A DNA stretch of 60,434 bases from Acidimicrobiales bacterium (GTDB lineage Bacteria; Actinomycetota; Acidimicrobiia; Acidimicrobiales; DATDAH01). Position 1 is the stretch's first letter. Every line of letters starts with the position of its first letter. Of the stretch, positions 8,107-16,965 are shown piece by piece. The stretch covers positions 1-60,434 of the forward strand of contig DATDAH010000160.1 in the NCBI GenBank assembly GCA_036525535.1. The letters are read 5' to 3'. The notes under the pieces are model-generated. The model worked only from the letters and a program-made list of their open reading frames with translations. It had not been told where the DNA came from and did no database searches. A program made the position numbers and the translations under genes.

Positions 8107-8283
8107 TCAGGCGGCGCGCCTGGGGCGGGGCTGGAGCTCGCCGCCGCAGTTGGGGCAGACGCCGGACATCTCCTCGGTGCAGGTCGCGCAGAAGGTGCAC
8201 TCGAAGCTGCAGATGCGGGCGTCGGTGCTGTCCTCGGCCAGGTTCGTCTTGCAGCGCTCGCAGATCGGGCGCATCTCCAGCAT
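8107..8283 (-). CDS. DUF1272-like Cys-rich small protein (58 aa)
   Basis: Hand-translated sequence: MLEMRPICERCKTNLAEDSTDARICSFECTFCATCTEEMSGVCPNCGGELQPRPRRAA. It falls below the 60-aa cutoff of the ORF track. ATG lies 2 nt after the LysR stop. High GC3. Confidence 0.6.
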   Translation of the reverse strand: MLEMRPICERCKTNLAEDSTDARICSFECTFCATCTEEMSGVCPNCGGELQPRPRRAA

Positions 8284-8285
8284 CG

Positions 8286-9212
8286 TCAGGCCGCCCTCGG
8301 CCGGGCCAGGCCGAGCTCGTCGACGATCTCGACCAACGCCGCCTCGACGGCCGCGATGGCGGGACGCTCGACGTTCGTCGTCCGATAGGCGAGCTGGATC
8401 AGGCGGCTGACCGGGGGATCGGTGTCGACGGTGCGCAGGTCGGCGGGCAGGTCGACCAGGCCGAGGTCCGGGATCAGGGCAACCCCCTGTCCGGCCGCCA
8501 CGAGGTGCCGGGCGGTGGTGAAGTCGTCGACCTGATGGGCGACGTCGGGCTCGAAGCCTGCGTCGCGGCAGGCCACCACGACACAGCGACCGCAGCTGAG
8601 GGCGACCGGTGAGGAGATGAACGGTCGGTCGGCCAGGTCGGCGAGCGGCACCCGGGCGGCGGTGGCGAGCGGATCGTTCTCGTTGACGACGAGGCGCAGC
8701 ACGTCCTCCAGGAGGGAACAGCGGGTGATGTCGTCGCGGCGGGGTGCCGGGGCGTGGGGGTAGTCGATGGCGAACGCCAGGTCGAGCTCGCCCGAAGCCA
8801 GCGCGTCCATGGCCAGGTCGGGATCCATCTGGATCGTGCGCAGCTGGAGGTCCGGGTGACGCTCCGCCAACCGGTCGAGGAGGGGTACGAGCAGGGTGGC
8901 GGCCACGGACTCGAACACCGTGAAGTGGAGCACCCCACGGACCTCACCGCTCAGGCGCTCGATGGCCACCTGCGCGGCCTCCATGCCGGCCAGCAGGTCG
9001 TCGGCGTGTCGAACCAGCTCGCGGCCGGCATCGGTCAGGCGGACGTTGCGGCCCACCCGCTCGAGCACCGCCACGCCGGTGGCCCTCTCCAAGCCGCTGA
9101 GCTGTTGGGACACGGCCGAGGAGGTGTAGCCGAGAGAGTCGGCGGCCGCCGCGATCGTGTTCCGGTTGGCCACCTCACGCAGCATGCGCAGCTGCTGCAA
9201 GCTCATCTCCAC
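8286..9212 (-). CDS. LysR family transcriptional regulator
   Basis: HTH segment LQQLRMLREVANRNTIAAAADSLGYTSSAVSQQLSGLE, followed by a LysR substrate-binding domain. GGAGG lies 9 nt before GTG 9212. Confidence 0.9.
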   Translation of the reverse strand: MEMSLQQLRMLREVANRNTIAAAADSLGYTSSAVSQQLSGLERATGVAVLERVGRNVRLTDAGRELVRHADDLLAGMEAAQVAIERLSGEVRGVLHFTVFESVAATLLVPLLDRLAERHPDLQLRTIQMDPDLAMDALASGELDLAFAIDYPHAPAPRRDDITRCSLLEDVLRLVVNENDPLATAARVPLADLADRPFISSPVALSCGRCVVVACRDAGFEPDVAHQVDDFTTARHLVAAGQGVALIPDLGLVDLPADLRTVDTDPPVSRLIQLAYRTTNVERPAIAAVEAALVEIVDELGLARPRAA

Positions 9213-9295
9213 GGATCAGACCTCCGGATCGGACCACCAACGATCACTTCACGATAGCGGCAGGGATCCGTCGGTTCTCCTACAGGGTCTTGTCG

Positions 9296-10096
9296 TCAGT
9301 CGTCGCCGCCGATCGGGCGCATCCGGCCGAGGCGCCAGGTGGCCAGCGCCAGGCCGACCAGGGTGATGATCAGGAGGCGCACGATCGCGCCGTACCCGCT
9401 GGCGATGCCCGACCGCAGCAACAGGTCACCGTCGTCCCACAGGCCGGCGAAGACCTGCTGGGCCTCCCACAGGGGCGACAGCTGGGCGACGCCGGTGAGC
9501 GTGGTGCCGAGCAGCCACTCGCCGAGGAGCACGATGGCCAGGGACCAGAGCGCGGAGCGCCGGACGAGTACGCCGATGAGGAGGAAGAGGGCGATGTACG
9601 CGGCCGCCCCCGCCGCTGCGGCGATGGCCATCGGGCCGACGGCCTCGGGGACCCCGGCGATGAGCGGCGCCAGCGCCATGGCCGGTACGAGGGTGACGAG
9701 GGCGACCAGCCAACCGCCCAGCCAGCGCCCGGCGACGATCACCCGGAAGGGCACCGGCGAGAGCCACGTCAGTGGGAAGGTCCCGGAGCGCACGTCGGCG
9801 CCGAGCACGGCGTCGCCGATGATCAGGCAGGTCAGCGGCAGGATCAGCCGGAACAGCCCCGCCTCGGCGACGTCGGAGAACGCCTGCTCGGCCGAGTCCG
9901 TGTTGACGTGGGTCAGCCACCCGAAGAGCAGGGCACCGGCACACGGCAGCAGCACCCCGAACCAGCGCTTGGCCGGCAGGCAGGCCCGCAGCGTGTACGC
10001 GACGACGGCGACGAACGGGGGGGCGAGGGCCCGGGGCGCGTCGGGATCGCGCCGGCTGGGTGGGGGGCCGACGGGCGGCGCGGGGACCTCGCTCAT
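9296..10096 (-). CDS. ABC-2 type transporter permease (second permease of a 4-gene set)
   Basis: Polytopic hydrophobic protein. ATGA overlap with the upstream ATPase gene. Confidence 0.75.
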   Translation of the reverse strand: MSEVPAPPVGPPPSRRDPDAPRALAPPFVAVVAYTLRACLPAKRWFGVLLPCAGALLFGWLTHVNTDSAEQAFSDVAEAGLFRLILPLTCLIIGDAVLGADVRSGTFPLTWLSPVPFRVIVAGRWLGGWLVALVTLVPAMALAPLIAGVPEAVGPMAIAAAAGAAAYIALFLLIGVLVRRSALWSLAIVLLGEWLLGTTLTGVAQLSPLWEAQQVFAGLWDDGDLLLRSGIASGYGAIVRLLIITLVGLALATWRLGRMRPIGGDD

Positions 10097-11052
10097 CGGA
10101 GCAGCTCCCGGAAGACGCTCTCCAGCGAGTCGTCCAGGGGGCGGACCTCGCGCAGGCGGGCGCCCGCCCGGCGGGCGACCACGGGGAGAAGCTCGGCCAG
10201 GTCCCCGGCGTGGCTGGAGGAGATGACCAGCTTGTCACCGTCCACGGACACGCCCTGGACCGCCTCGCTGGCCAGGAGATCGCCGGCCAGGCGGCGGGGC
10301 TCGGTCGTGCGCACCAGGACGGACCGGGGCCGATCGGCCAGGGCGTCGCGGATGGCGCGGTGACCGCCCGCGGCGGCGAGGCGGCCCCGGATGACCACCA
10401 GCTGCCGGGAGGCCAGGCGCTCGACCTCGTTGAGGACGTGGGAGCTGATGATGACGGTGCGACCCTGGGCCCCAAGGGTCTGGAAGAGTCCGATCAGCGC
10501 GGCCCGCTGCACCGGGTCGGCGCCGTTCAGCGGCTCGTCGAGGACCATCACCTTGGGCTGGGTGACCAGGGACGCGGCGATCTTGGCCCGCTGGCGCATG
10601 CCCTTGCTGAAGCCGGCCACCCGGCGGTCAGCCACGTCGAGGAGCCCGACCGCGGCCAAGGAGGCCTCGGGGGCGATCGGGTCCCGCACCGAGTGGAGCG
10701 AGGCGGCGTAACGAACGAGCTGGCGGGCGGTCAGGGCCCCGGGCACGGCGTCGTCCTCGGGCACGAGGGAGATGTCCCGTTGCACCGACCGGTCGTGACG
10801 GGGGTTGCGCCCGAGCACGCGGATCGCCCCGCGATCGGTCGGCAACAGGCCGCAAATGGCCCGCATCACGGTGGTCTTGCCCGCGCCGTTCGGGCCCAGC
10901 AACCCGGTCACGCCCGGACCGAACGAGCACGACAGCTCGGTGACGGCCACCTTCGGGCCGAACCAGACCGAAACGCCGGCGACCTCGACGGTGGGGTGCG
11001 GGACGAAGGCGGGATCCGTCTCGGGGGTCGCCTGCGGCTCCGGCGCGCTCAC
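10093..11052 (-). CDS. ABC transporter ATP-binding protein (second ATPase)
   Basis: Walker A GPNGAGKTT, signature FSKGMRQR, Walker B VMVLDEP. GTGA overlap with the upstream gene. Confidence 0.9.
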   Translation of the reverse strand: MSAPEPQATPETDPAFVPHPTVEVAGVSVWFGPKVAVTELSCSFGPGVTGLLGPNGAGKTTVMRAICGLLPTDRGAIRVLGRNPRHDRSVQRDISLVPEDDAVPGALTARQLVRYAASLHSVRDPIAPEASLAAVGLLDVADRRVAGFSKGMRQRAKIAASLVTQPKVMVLDEPLNGADPVQRAALIGLFQTLGAQGRTVIISSHVLNEVERLASRQLVVIRGRLAAAGGHRAIRDALADRPRSVLVRTTEPRRLAGDLLASEAVQGVSVDGDKLVISSSHAGDLAELLPVVARRAGARLREVRPLDDSLESVFRELLR

Positions 11053-11969
11053 AGACGGGCCTCCCGGTAGCGGCGGTGCAGGACGAACACACCGGTCCCG
11101 ACGATGGCGACGTAGAGGAGCAGGGCGGCCCAGCCCGCTCCGGCCACGCCCGAGAGCCCGCCGTCCCGGTCGACGTCGATCTGGCCCTCGAAGACGACGT
11201 CCCGCAGCATCAGCGGCAGGTTGAGCAGGTTGAAGACCCCGAAGATCGTGCCCTCACCCTCGTTGGTCGCCTCGACGACGGCGCCGGCGATGATGGCCGG
11301 GATGAAGAGCACCCCGAGAAAGGCCAGGCCGCCGACGATCCGGCGATCGGTGAGCGAGGCCACGGCCACGCTCACCACCGAGTAGTAGAGGGCCAGGATG
11401 GCGACCGACACCGGGACCTGCCACAGGACGTCGAGGTGGTCGCCGACGTAGGTGAGCGATCCTTCCTCGTTGACCAGCATCTGACCGATGTAGAGGAGGA
11501 CCTGGGGGAAGAAGGAGAACCCGAAGACCAGCGTGAAGATCCCCCCGACCTTCGCCAGCACGTAGTCGTCGCCGGTGAGGGGACGCGAGAAGATCAGGGG
11601 CAGGACCCGGTCGTGGCGGTCCGGGCAGATCACGTCGGGCGCGCTGACGGCCACGAACAGCAGCAGCGTCGTGGAGACGCCCACGTAGTCCCGGAAGGTC
11701 AGGAACTCGTAGCCGATCTCGCTCAGGGGCGTGTTCCGGGTGGCGTAGCGGACACCCAGGTCGACCGCCGCCGGGATCGTGACCAGCCCGAGCAGGGTCC
11801 AGGGCAGGACCTTCTGGCGCCAGGAGCGGCGCAGGCCGAGGGCCCGGCGCAGGGTGAGGCGCCACAGCGCCCACCGCCCGGCCGAACGGCCACCCCGGGC
11901 CCCCTCATAGGGCCGGTACCCGCGGTCGTAGACCGCACCCCCGAGCGCGGGCGGGGCGACGGCGCTCAC
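11049..11969 (-). CDS. ABC-2 type transporter permease (first permease)
   Basis: Polytopic membrane protein. GTGA overlap with the upstream ATPase. Confidence 0.75.
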   Translation of the reverse strand: MSAVAPPALGGAVYDRGYRPYEGARGGRSAGRWALWRLTLRRALGLRRSWRQKVLPWTLLGLVTIPAAVDLGVRYATRNTPLSEIGYEFLTFRDYVGVSTTLLLFVAVSAPDVICPDRHDRVLPLIFSRPLTGDDYVLAKVGGIFTLVFGFSFFPQVLLYIGQMLVNEEGSLTYVGDHLDVLWQVPVSVAILALYYSVVSVAVASLTDRRIVGGLAFLGVLFIPAIIAGAVVEATNEGEGTIFGVFNLLNLPLMLRDVVFEGQIDVDRDGGLSGVAGAGWAALLLYVAIVGTGVFVLHRRYREARL

Positions 11970-12946
11970 GGACGCTGGGCCGCCTCGACGAAGAGCTCGT
12001 CGAGGGAGTGGTGGCGGCTGGACAGGGCGTAGAGGCGGAGGCCGAGGTCGGCGACGAGGTCCCGAACGACGTCGAGCACCTCGTCACCGTGGCCGGAGAT
12101 GTCGACATCGACGATGTGGGCGTCCACGGCGACCGCCGCGACGGACCGCTCCGCCAGGGCCGAGACCAGGGCCTCGATCCCGTCGGCCCGACCGCCGACC
12201 TCCACGCGGAGGACGCCGGTGCGCTCGACCAGGGCCTCGATGGGACCGGCGACCACCAGGCGGCCCGCATCGATCATCACGACGTGGTCACAGACCCGCT
12301 GCACGTCGTCGAGGAGGTGGGTGGCGAAGAGGACCGAGATGCCGAAGTCGGCGAGACGGCCGACGAGGTCGAGCATCTCCTCCCGACCGACGGGGTCGAG
12401 GCCCGCCGTCGGCTCGTCGAGCAGGACCAGCTCGGGGTCGGCCACGAGGGCCTGCGCCAGCTTCGCCCGTTGGCGCATCCCCGTCGAGAAGCCGCCGACG
12501 GGGCGGAACCGAGCCTCGTCCAGGCCGACGAGGTCGAGCACGTCGGAGGCCCGCTGGCGGGCGGCCTGGGCCGGCAGCCCGGCCAGCTCACCGAAGGTGG
12601 CGACGAGGTCGGCCGCGGACTGGTCGTTGGGCAGGCAGTCGTGCTCGGGCATGTAGCCGAGGCGGCTGCGGATCCCGACCGGGTCGTCGGCCACCGGCAG
12701 GCCGACCACCTCGATGGCCCCGCGGGTCGGGAACATCTGGCCCAGCATCAGCCGGAAGAGGGTCGTCTTGCCGGCGCCGTTGGCCCCGACGAGGCCGACC
12801 GAGCCGCGAGGCACCTCGATGGCGAGGTCGGTGATCGCCGTGGTCCCGTCCGGATAGGTGTGGGTCAGCGCCGTCGTCCGCAGCAGCGATGCCGTCGGCC
12901 CGAGCGGGGGCGGCGGGATCGCCGCGGCAAGGGGAACCACCGTCAT
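11966..12946 (-). CDS. ABC transporter ATP-binding protein (first ATPase)
   Basis: Walker A GANGAGKTT, signature FSTGMRQR, Walker B LVLLDEP. Confidence 0.9.
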   Translation of the reverse strand: MTVVPLAAAIPPPPLGPTASLLRTTALTHTYPDGTTAITDLAIEVPRGSVGLVGANGAGKTTLFRLMLGQMFPTRGAIEVVGLPVADDPVGIRSRLGYMPEHDCLPNDQSAADLVATFGELAGLPAQAARQRASDVLDLVGLDEARFRPVGGFSTGMRQRAKLAQALVADPELVLLDEPTAGLDPVGREEMLDLVGRLADFGISVLFATHLLDDVQRVCDHVVMIDAGRLVVAGPIEALVERTGVLRVEVGGRADGIEALVSALAERSVAAVAVDAHIVDVDISGHGDEVLDVVRDLVADLGLRLYALSSRHHSLDELFVEAAQRP

Positions 12947-12963
12947 GTCCCCCCGAGGCTAGG

Positions 12964-13383
12964 TCAACGGGCGCCGGGGTCCAGGTTCTGGAGCCGGACC
13001 TCGCCGTGCGCCAGCAGCCGGTCACGGTCGTCGCGGACGTCGACCCGCCAGAGCTGCTGGCTCCGGCCCTGGTGGAGCGCCTCGGCCTCGACCCGCACGC
13101 GCCCAGCGGTGACCGAACGCAGGAAGTGCGTGGTGTTGGTCAGCCCGACGGCGACCATCCCCCGCTCCCGGACCGCGGTGCTGGCCCCGATGCTGGCCGC
13201 CGACTCGATGGCAGTGGCATAGACCCCGCCGTGGACGATGCCCCAGGGGGTGTGGTGATCCTCGCCCAGCTCGATGTGGCCGGTGACCCGATTGTCGGAC
13301 ACCTCGTCGAGCTCGAGTCCGGCGGCCCGGACGAAGGCGCCCGACCCCTCGAGGGCGCCTGGTTCCAGGCGGAGGTCGCTCAT
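12964..13383 (-). CDS. PaaI-family hotdog-fold thioesterase
   Basis: 139 aa, HTPWGIVHGGVYATAIESAAS...GRSQQLWRVDV. ATG 13383 overlaps the HxlR stop (ATGA). The 313-aa track ORF is a fusion artefact. Confidence 0.82.
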   Translation of the reverse strand: MSDLRLEPGALEGSGAFVRAAGLELDEVSDNRVTGHIELGEDHHTPWGIVHGGVYATAIESAASIGASTAVRERGMVAVGLTNTTHFLRSVTAGRVRVEAEALHQGRSQQLWRVDVRDDRDRLLAHGEVRLQNLDPGAR

Positions 13384-13865
13384 GACGCCGCTCCGGCGAC
13401 GGGGACCATCGGAGGCTGGCCCATGCCCGGCCCGGCGACGGCCCTCACGTTGAAGGGGTCCAGGGTCTCGCCGCAGGACGAGCAGGTCGGAACCACGGTG
13501 GTCACCCGGCCGCAGCCCTGGTGCACCACCTCGACCGGCGGCCCGTTCGGCGCGGCCCAACGGTCCCCCCACTCGCGCAGGGCGGTGAGCGACAGCCACA
13601 GGTCCCGACCCTTCTCGGTCAACTTGTACTCGTGGCGCACCGGGTTGTCCTGGTACGCGACCCGCTTCAGGACCCCGTGCTCGACCAGGCCGTCGAGACG
13701 GGCGCTGAGCACGTTGCGGGCGATCCCCAACCGGTCCTGGAACTGGCCGAACCGGTTGACGCCCAGGAAGGCGTCCCGGATGATGAGGAAGGACCACCAC
13801 TCCCCCACGACCTCCAAGGCCTGGGCCACGGAGCACTGCATGTCCTCGAAGCTGGTTCGCCGCAT
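13380..13865 (-). CDS. HxlR family (winged-helix) transcriptional regulator
   Basis: CSVAQALEVVGEWWSFLIIRDAFLGVNRFGQFQDRLGIARNVLSARLDGLVEHGVLKR. Confidence 0.88.
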   Translation of the reverse strand: MRRTSFEDMQCSVAQALEVVGEWWSFLIIRDAFLGVNRFGQFQDRLGIARNVLSARLDGLVEHGVLKRVAYQDNPVRHEYKLTEKGRDLWLSLTALREWGDRWAAPNGPPVEVVHQGCGRVTTVVPTCSSCGETLDPFNVRAVAGPGMGQPPMVPVAGAAS

Positions 13866-14131
13866 GAAGCGAGTCTACGCCAGTGGGTTGCATGATGCTA
13901 CTCACTGGCGTACTGTTGGTTGCATGAAGGCACCCACCACGTCAAGGACCGGGCGTCGGTCCCGCCGCTGGCGCACCCGGGGCATCGACCCCCGGATCCG
14001 CGACGAGCTCCAGGTCATCGCCGAGCACCATCAGGGTCGCGACGACACGGAGAGATCCATCAGCCAGACTTGAGGGAACCCGTCACCAATCGTCGCTTGT
14101 CCTAATGCTTTGGTGGCGCGACCGTAGGGTC

Positions 14132-14320
14132 ATGTTCGCCATCGAGTGCCACCACTGCCAGAAGCGCTACCTCGTCGGGACGTCGGCCATCGTGTCGTTT
14201 CGCAACACCGACCACGGCCCGGAAGCCGTTGTCGGGTGCCCCCGCGGTCACCGCGTCCTCCATGACTTCCACACCGACACCAGCCAGCCGGTCGAGGCCG
14301 AGGTCGCCCTCGTCGCCTGA
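14132..14320 (+). CDS. Hypothetical small protein with CxxC...C..H zinc-ribbon-like pattern
   Basis: MFAIECHHCQKRYLV...GCPRGHRVLHDF. The start is uncertain (14105 or 14132). No family recognised. Confidence 0.3.
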   Translation: MFAIECHHCQKRYLVGTSAIVSFRNTDHGPEAVVGCPRGHRVLHDFHTDTSQPVEAEVALVA

Positions 14321-14397
14321 GTCGTGACGGCGGGTCGGCTCCCCCTCGGACCGACCCACCGTCCGGGCGTGGTGCGCCGGTCGGCCAGACTCGGGTC

Positions 14398-14790
14398 ATG
14401 CAGCGACACCGGGACTGGCTGGCCGTCGTGGCCGGCGCCATCCGCGGGGCCTCCGGGGTCTCCTTCCTCGTGGCCCCGCAGGCCGCCAACCGGATCTGGG
14501 GTGGTGAGGCCGATGAGACCCCGACGGCGCAGCTGCTCCTCCGGTCGATGGGCTACCGGGACACCCTGGTCGGCGGGATGCTCCTCCGGGCCGGGCTCAC
14601 CGGCTCCCCCACCACGGCAGGGTGGTTCCTGGCCAGCGGCGGCGCCGACCTGGCCGACCTGGTCGGCGGCCTGGCCACCCACGAGCACATGAGCCGCCGG
14701 CAGCGCATCCGCGGCCTGGGCGGCGCGGCCGTGGGCATCGCCGTCGGGGTCGTCGGGGCCCTGCGGGCCCGGCGGCGCCACGCCGCCTGA
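14398..14790 (+). CDS. Hypothetical small membrane protein (DUF4267-like pattern)
   Basis: 130 aa with GC3 bias; G.RD..VGG and D.AD..GG patterns. The family call is tentative. Confidence 0.5.
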   Translation: MQRHRDWLAVVAGAIRGASGVSFLVAPQAANRIWGGEADETPTAQLLLRSMGYRDTLVGGMLLRAGLTGSPTTAGWFLASGGADLADLVGGLATHEHMSRRQRIRGLGGAAVGIAVGVVGALRARRRHAA

Positions 14791-14793
14791 CGG

Positions 14794-16911
14794 TCAGCGC
14801 CGAGTGTCGGGGCGGCGGGACGGCGCCACCGCGGGACCGGACGCTTCCGCTCCGGCCTCGGTCAGCGCCGGCTTGTGGGTGGTGAACAGCCACTCGTGGA
14901 ACAGCGTGTCCAGCTGTCGGCCCGACACCCTCTCGGCCAGCGCCTGGAAGTTGTGGGTCGTGTTGGGGCGGCCCACCGGGGCCGCGGCCCACCGGCGCAT
15001 GATCGTGAAGAAGTCGGCATTGCCGACCTCGAGGCGCAGGGCGTGCAGGGTCATGCCGCCCCGGAGGTAGACGGGCGCGTCGAAGAGATGCCTCGGGCCG
15101 GGGTCGCCGACCCGCAGGTGCCAGAGCGGGTCGCCCGCGGGGGTGCTGTAGTAGAAGTCGAAGATCTCCTGCGCCGTGGCCAAGCCCTCACGCTGGGCCC
15201 ACAGCCACTCCGCGTAGGTGGCGAAGCCCTCGTTCAGCCAGATGTGCTGCCAGGCCGACACCGCGACCCGGTCGCCGTACCACTGGTGGGCCAACTCGTG
15301 GACGATCGTGCTCTCGGCCCCGATCGGGTCCCCGAAGATCTCGGGCGGATAGATGGGGCGGGTCTGGTTCTCCAGGGCGAAGCCGAGGCCGGTGAAGTCG
15401 TCGACGATCCCGCCGCCGTCCGCGAACGGGTAGGGCCCGAACCGGGTGGACAGGAAGCTGAGCATCTCGGGCTGGCGGGCCAGCGCCGTCTGCGCCACGA
15501 CGCCCGCAGGGGTCGGACCATCGGCCGCGGTCCCGGTGATCCAGTCGTTGACGTTGGTGTCGCTACCCGGCGGCGCGCCGGGGACCTGCCAACCGTCCAG
15601 CTCGTCACCGTCGGTCTCGAAGGACGTCGTGCCCTCGCCGGTCGACACCTCGATGTCGTCGACGGCCACGCCGGGGCCCTGGACGGTGTCATCGCTGATG
15701 TAGCTGATCGACACCTCCGCCGTGCTCCCGGCGAAGTCCGCCAGGTCGACCGACCACTGCTCCCAGCCGTCGCTGCTGCCGCTGACCGCGTTCCACACCC
15801 CCGTGGTGCCCGCCGGCGTGCACCCACCGCCGCTGGGGGCCTGGTAGCGGGTCAGGCGCGGGTGCAGGCCGAGCCAGTACGGGCACGAGTCACCGGTGTC
15901 GTCCGACGTGTGGCCGTTGAGGTCCGGCAGCGTGGTGTAGTCGGTCTCGCCGTCGGTGCGGGCTTCGACGGCGACGAAGTCCCAGTTGGTCTCGGTCTGC
16001 CGGTTCACCCAGAAGGAGAGGGTGGCCCCTCCACCGGGAACGGCGATCGTCCGGCGCAGGCGCTTGAAGGTGGCGCCCTCGGGGGCGGCCTGCGAGAAGG
16101 CGAAGCGGGTCCCCGTGTGCGGGGCCACGGGCGTCAACAGGTCGGTGTCGACGGCGTCGACATAGTCGATCCCGCCGGGACGACCCCGAGGATCGCTGTA
16201 CTCGGTCAGGTCGAACTCGCCGATGTCGACGGTGGCCAGGTACGGGGCCATGGGCGCCGGCGCGTTCCACACCCACGTGGACAGGCCGGCGTCGCTCTCC
16301 TGGCTCACCAGGGCGCCGTTGGCCACCACCTCGAGGCCGTCGGGGACCGTGACCTCGAACCGGAACCGGGCCTTGTCGCGGGGGTGGTCGTTGGCCGGGA
16401 ACCAGACGGCGGCCACATGAGGCTCGCCGGCCACCAGAACCCCGTCGTCGGTCGGGAGCCACCCACCCCCGCCATCGATGGCGGGCAGCGGCTGCGGGAT
16501 GCCGCTGTAGTCCACGACGACCCGGACCCGTTCGCCATGGGCGATCCCGCCGCTCGGCGTGATCCTCAGCTCGCCGTTGCCCCTCTGGAACGTCGCGGCC
16601 ACGCCGTCGACGGTCACGCTGTGCACGGTCAGGCCATCGAGGTCGAAGTTGAAGCGGGACAGGTTCCGCTTGGCCCGGAGGTCGATGGTGGCCAGGCCGG
16701 TGAGCACGTCGGTGTCCGGGTCGTAGCCCAGCTCCAGGTCATAGGCGCCGACGTCGTAGCCCCCGTTGCCGTCGAGGGGGAAGTACGGGTCGCCGATGCC
16801 GGGCGCGCCCTGCTGGTACGACGGCGGGAGGGCCTCGGCCGGGCCGGTGGCGCTGACGATCGGCAGGAGGAGGACGGCGAGGACGACCGCGAACAGGGTG
16901 GGGCGCTTCAC
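14794..16911 (-). CDS. Secreted M1-family zinc metallopeptidase (aminopeptidase N-like) with ~200-aa inserted beta-rich domain
   Basis: Signal peptide MKRPTLFAVVLAVLLLPIVSA. GFALENQT (GxMEN), HELAHQWYGD and WLNEGFATY (HExxH-18-E). Confidence 0.9.
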   Translation of the reverse strand: MKRPTLFAVVLAVLLLPIVSATGPAEALPPSYQQGAPGIGDPYFPLDGNGGYDVGAYDLELGYDPDTDVLTGLATIDLRAKRNLSRFNFDLDGLTVHSVTVDGVAATFQRGNGELRITPSGGIAHGERVRVVVDYSGIPQPLPAIDGGGGWLPTDDGVLVAGEPHVAAVWFPANDHPRDKARFRFEVTVPDGLEVVANGALVSQESDAGLSTWVWNAPAPMAPYLATVDIGEFDLTEYSDPRGRPGGIDYVDAVDTDLLTPVAPHTGTRFAFSQAAPEGATFKRLRRTIAVPGGGATLSFWVNRQTETNWDFVAVEARTDGETDYTTLPDLNGHTSDDTGDSCPYWLGLHPRLTRYQAPSGGGCTPAGTTGVWNAVSGSSDGWEQWSVDLADFAGSTAEVSISYISDDTVQGPGVAVDDIEVSTGEGTTSFETDGDELDGWQVPGAPPGSDTNVNDWITGTAADGPTPAGVVAQTALARQPEMLSFLSTRFGPYPFADGGGIVDDFTGLGFALENQTRPIYPPEIFGDPIGAESTIVHELAHQWYGDRVAVSAWQHIWLNEGFATYAEWLWAQREGLATAQEIFDFYYSTPAGDPLWHLRVGDPGPRHLFDAPVYLRGGMTLHALRLEVGNADFFTIMRRWAAAPVGRPNTTHNFQALAERVSGRQLDTLFHEWLFTTHKPALTEAGAEASGPAVAPSRRPDTRR

Positions 16912-16965
16912 CAGCGCAGACTATGCCGACCTCGTGGCGGCGGCCAGAGCCCCACCCGCCCGGGC

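Noticed and set aside
13924-14073. 49-aa Arg-rich ORF (MKAPTTSRTGRRSRRWRTRGIDPRIRDELQVIAEHHQG...) divergent from HxlR
   Set aside because: It has mixed codon bias, no SD, no recognisable family, and a composition like translated GC-rich non-coding DNA. It cannot be excluded as a real small protein.
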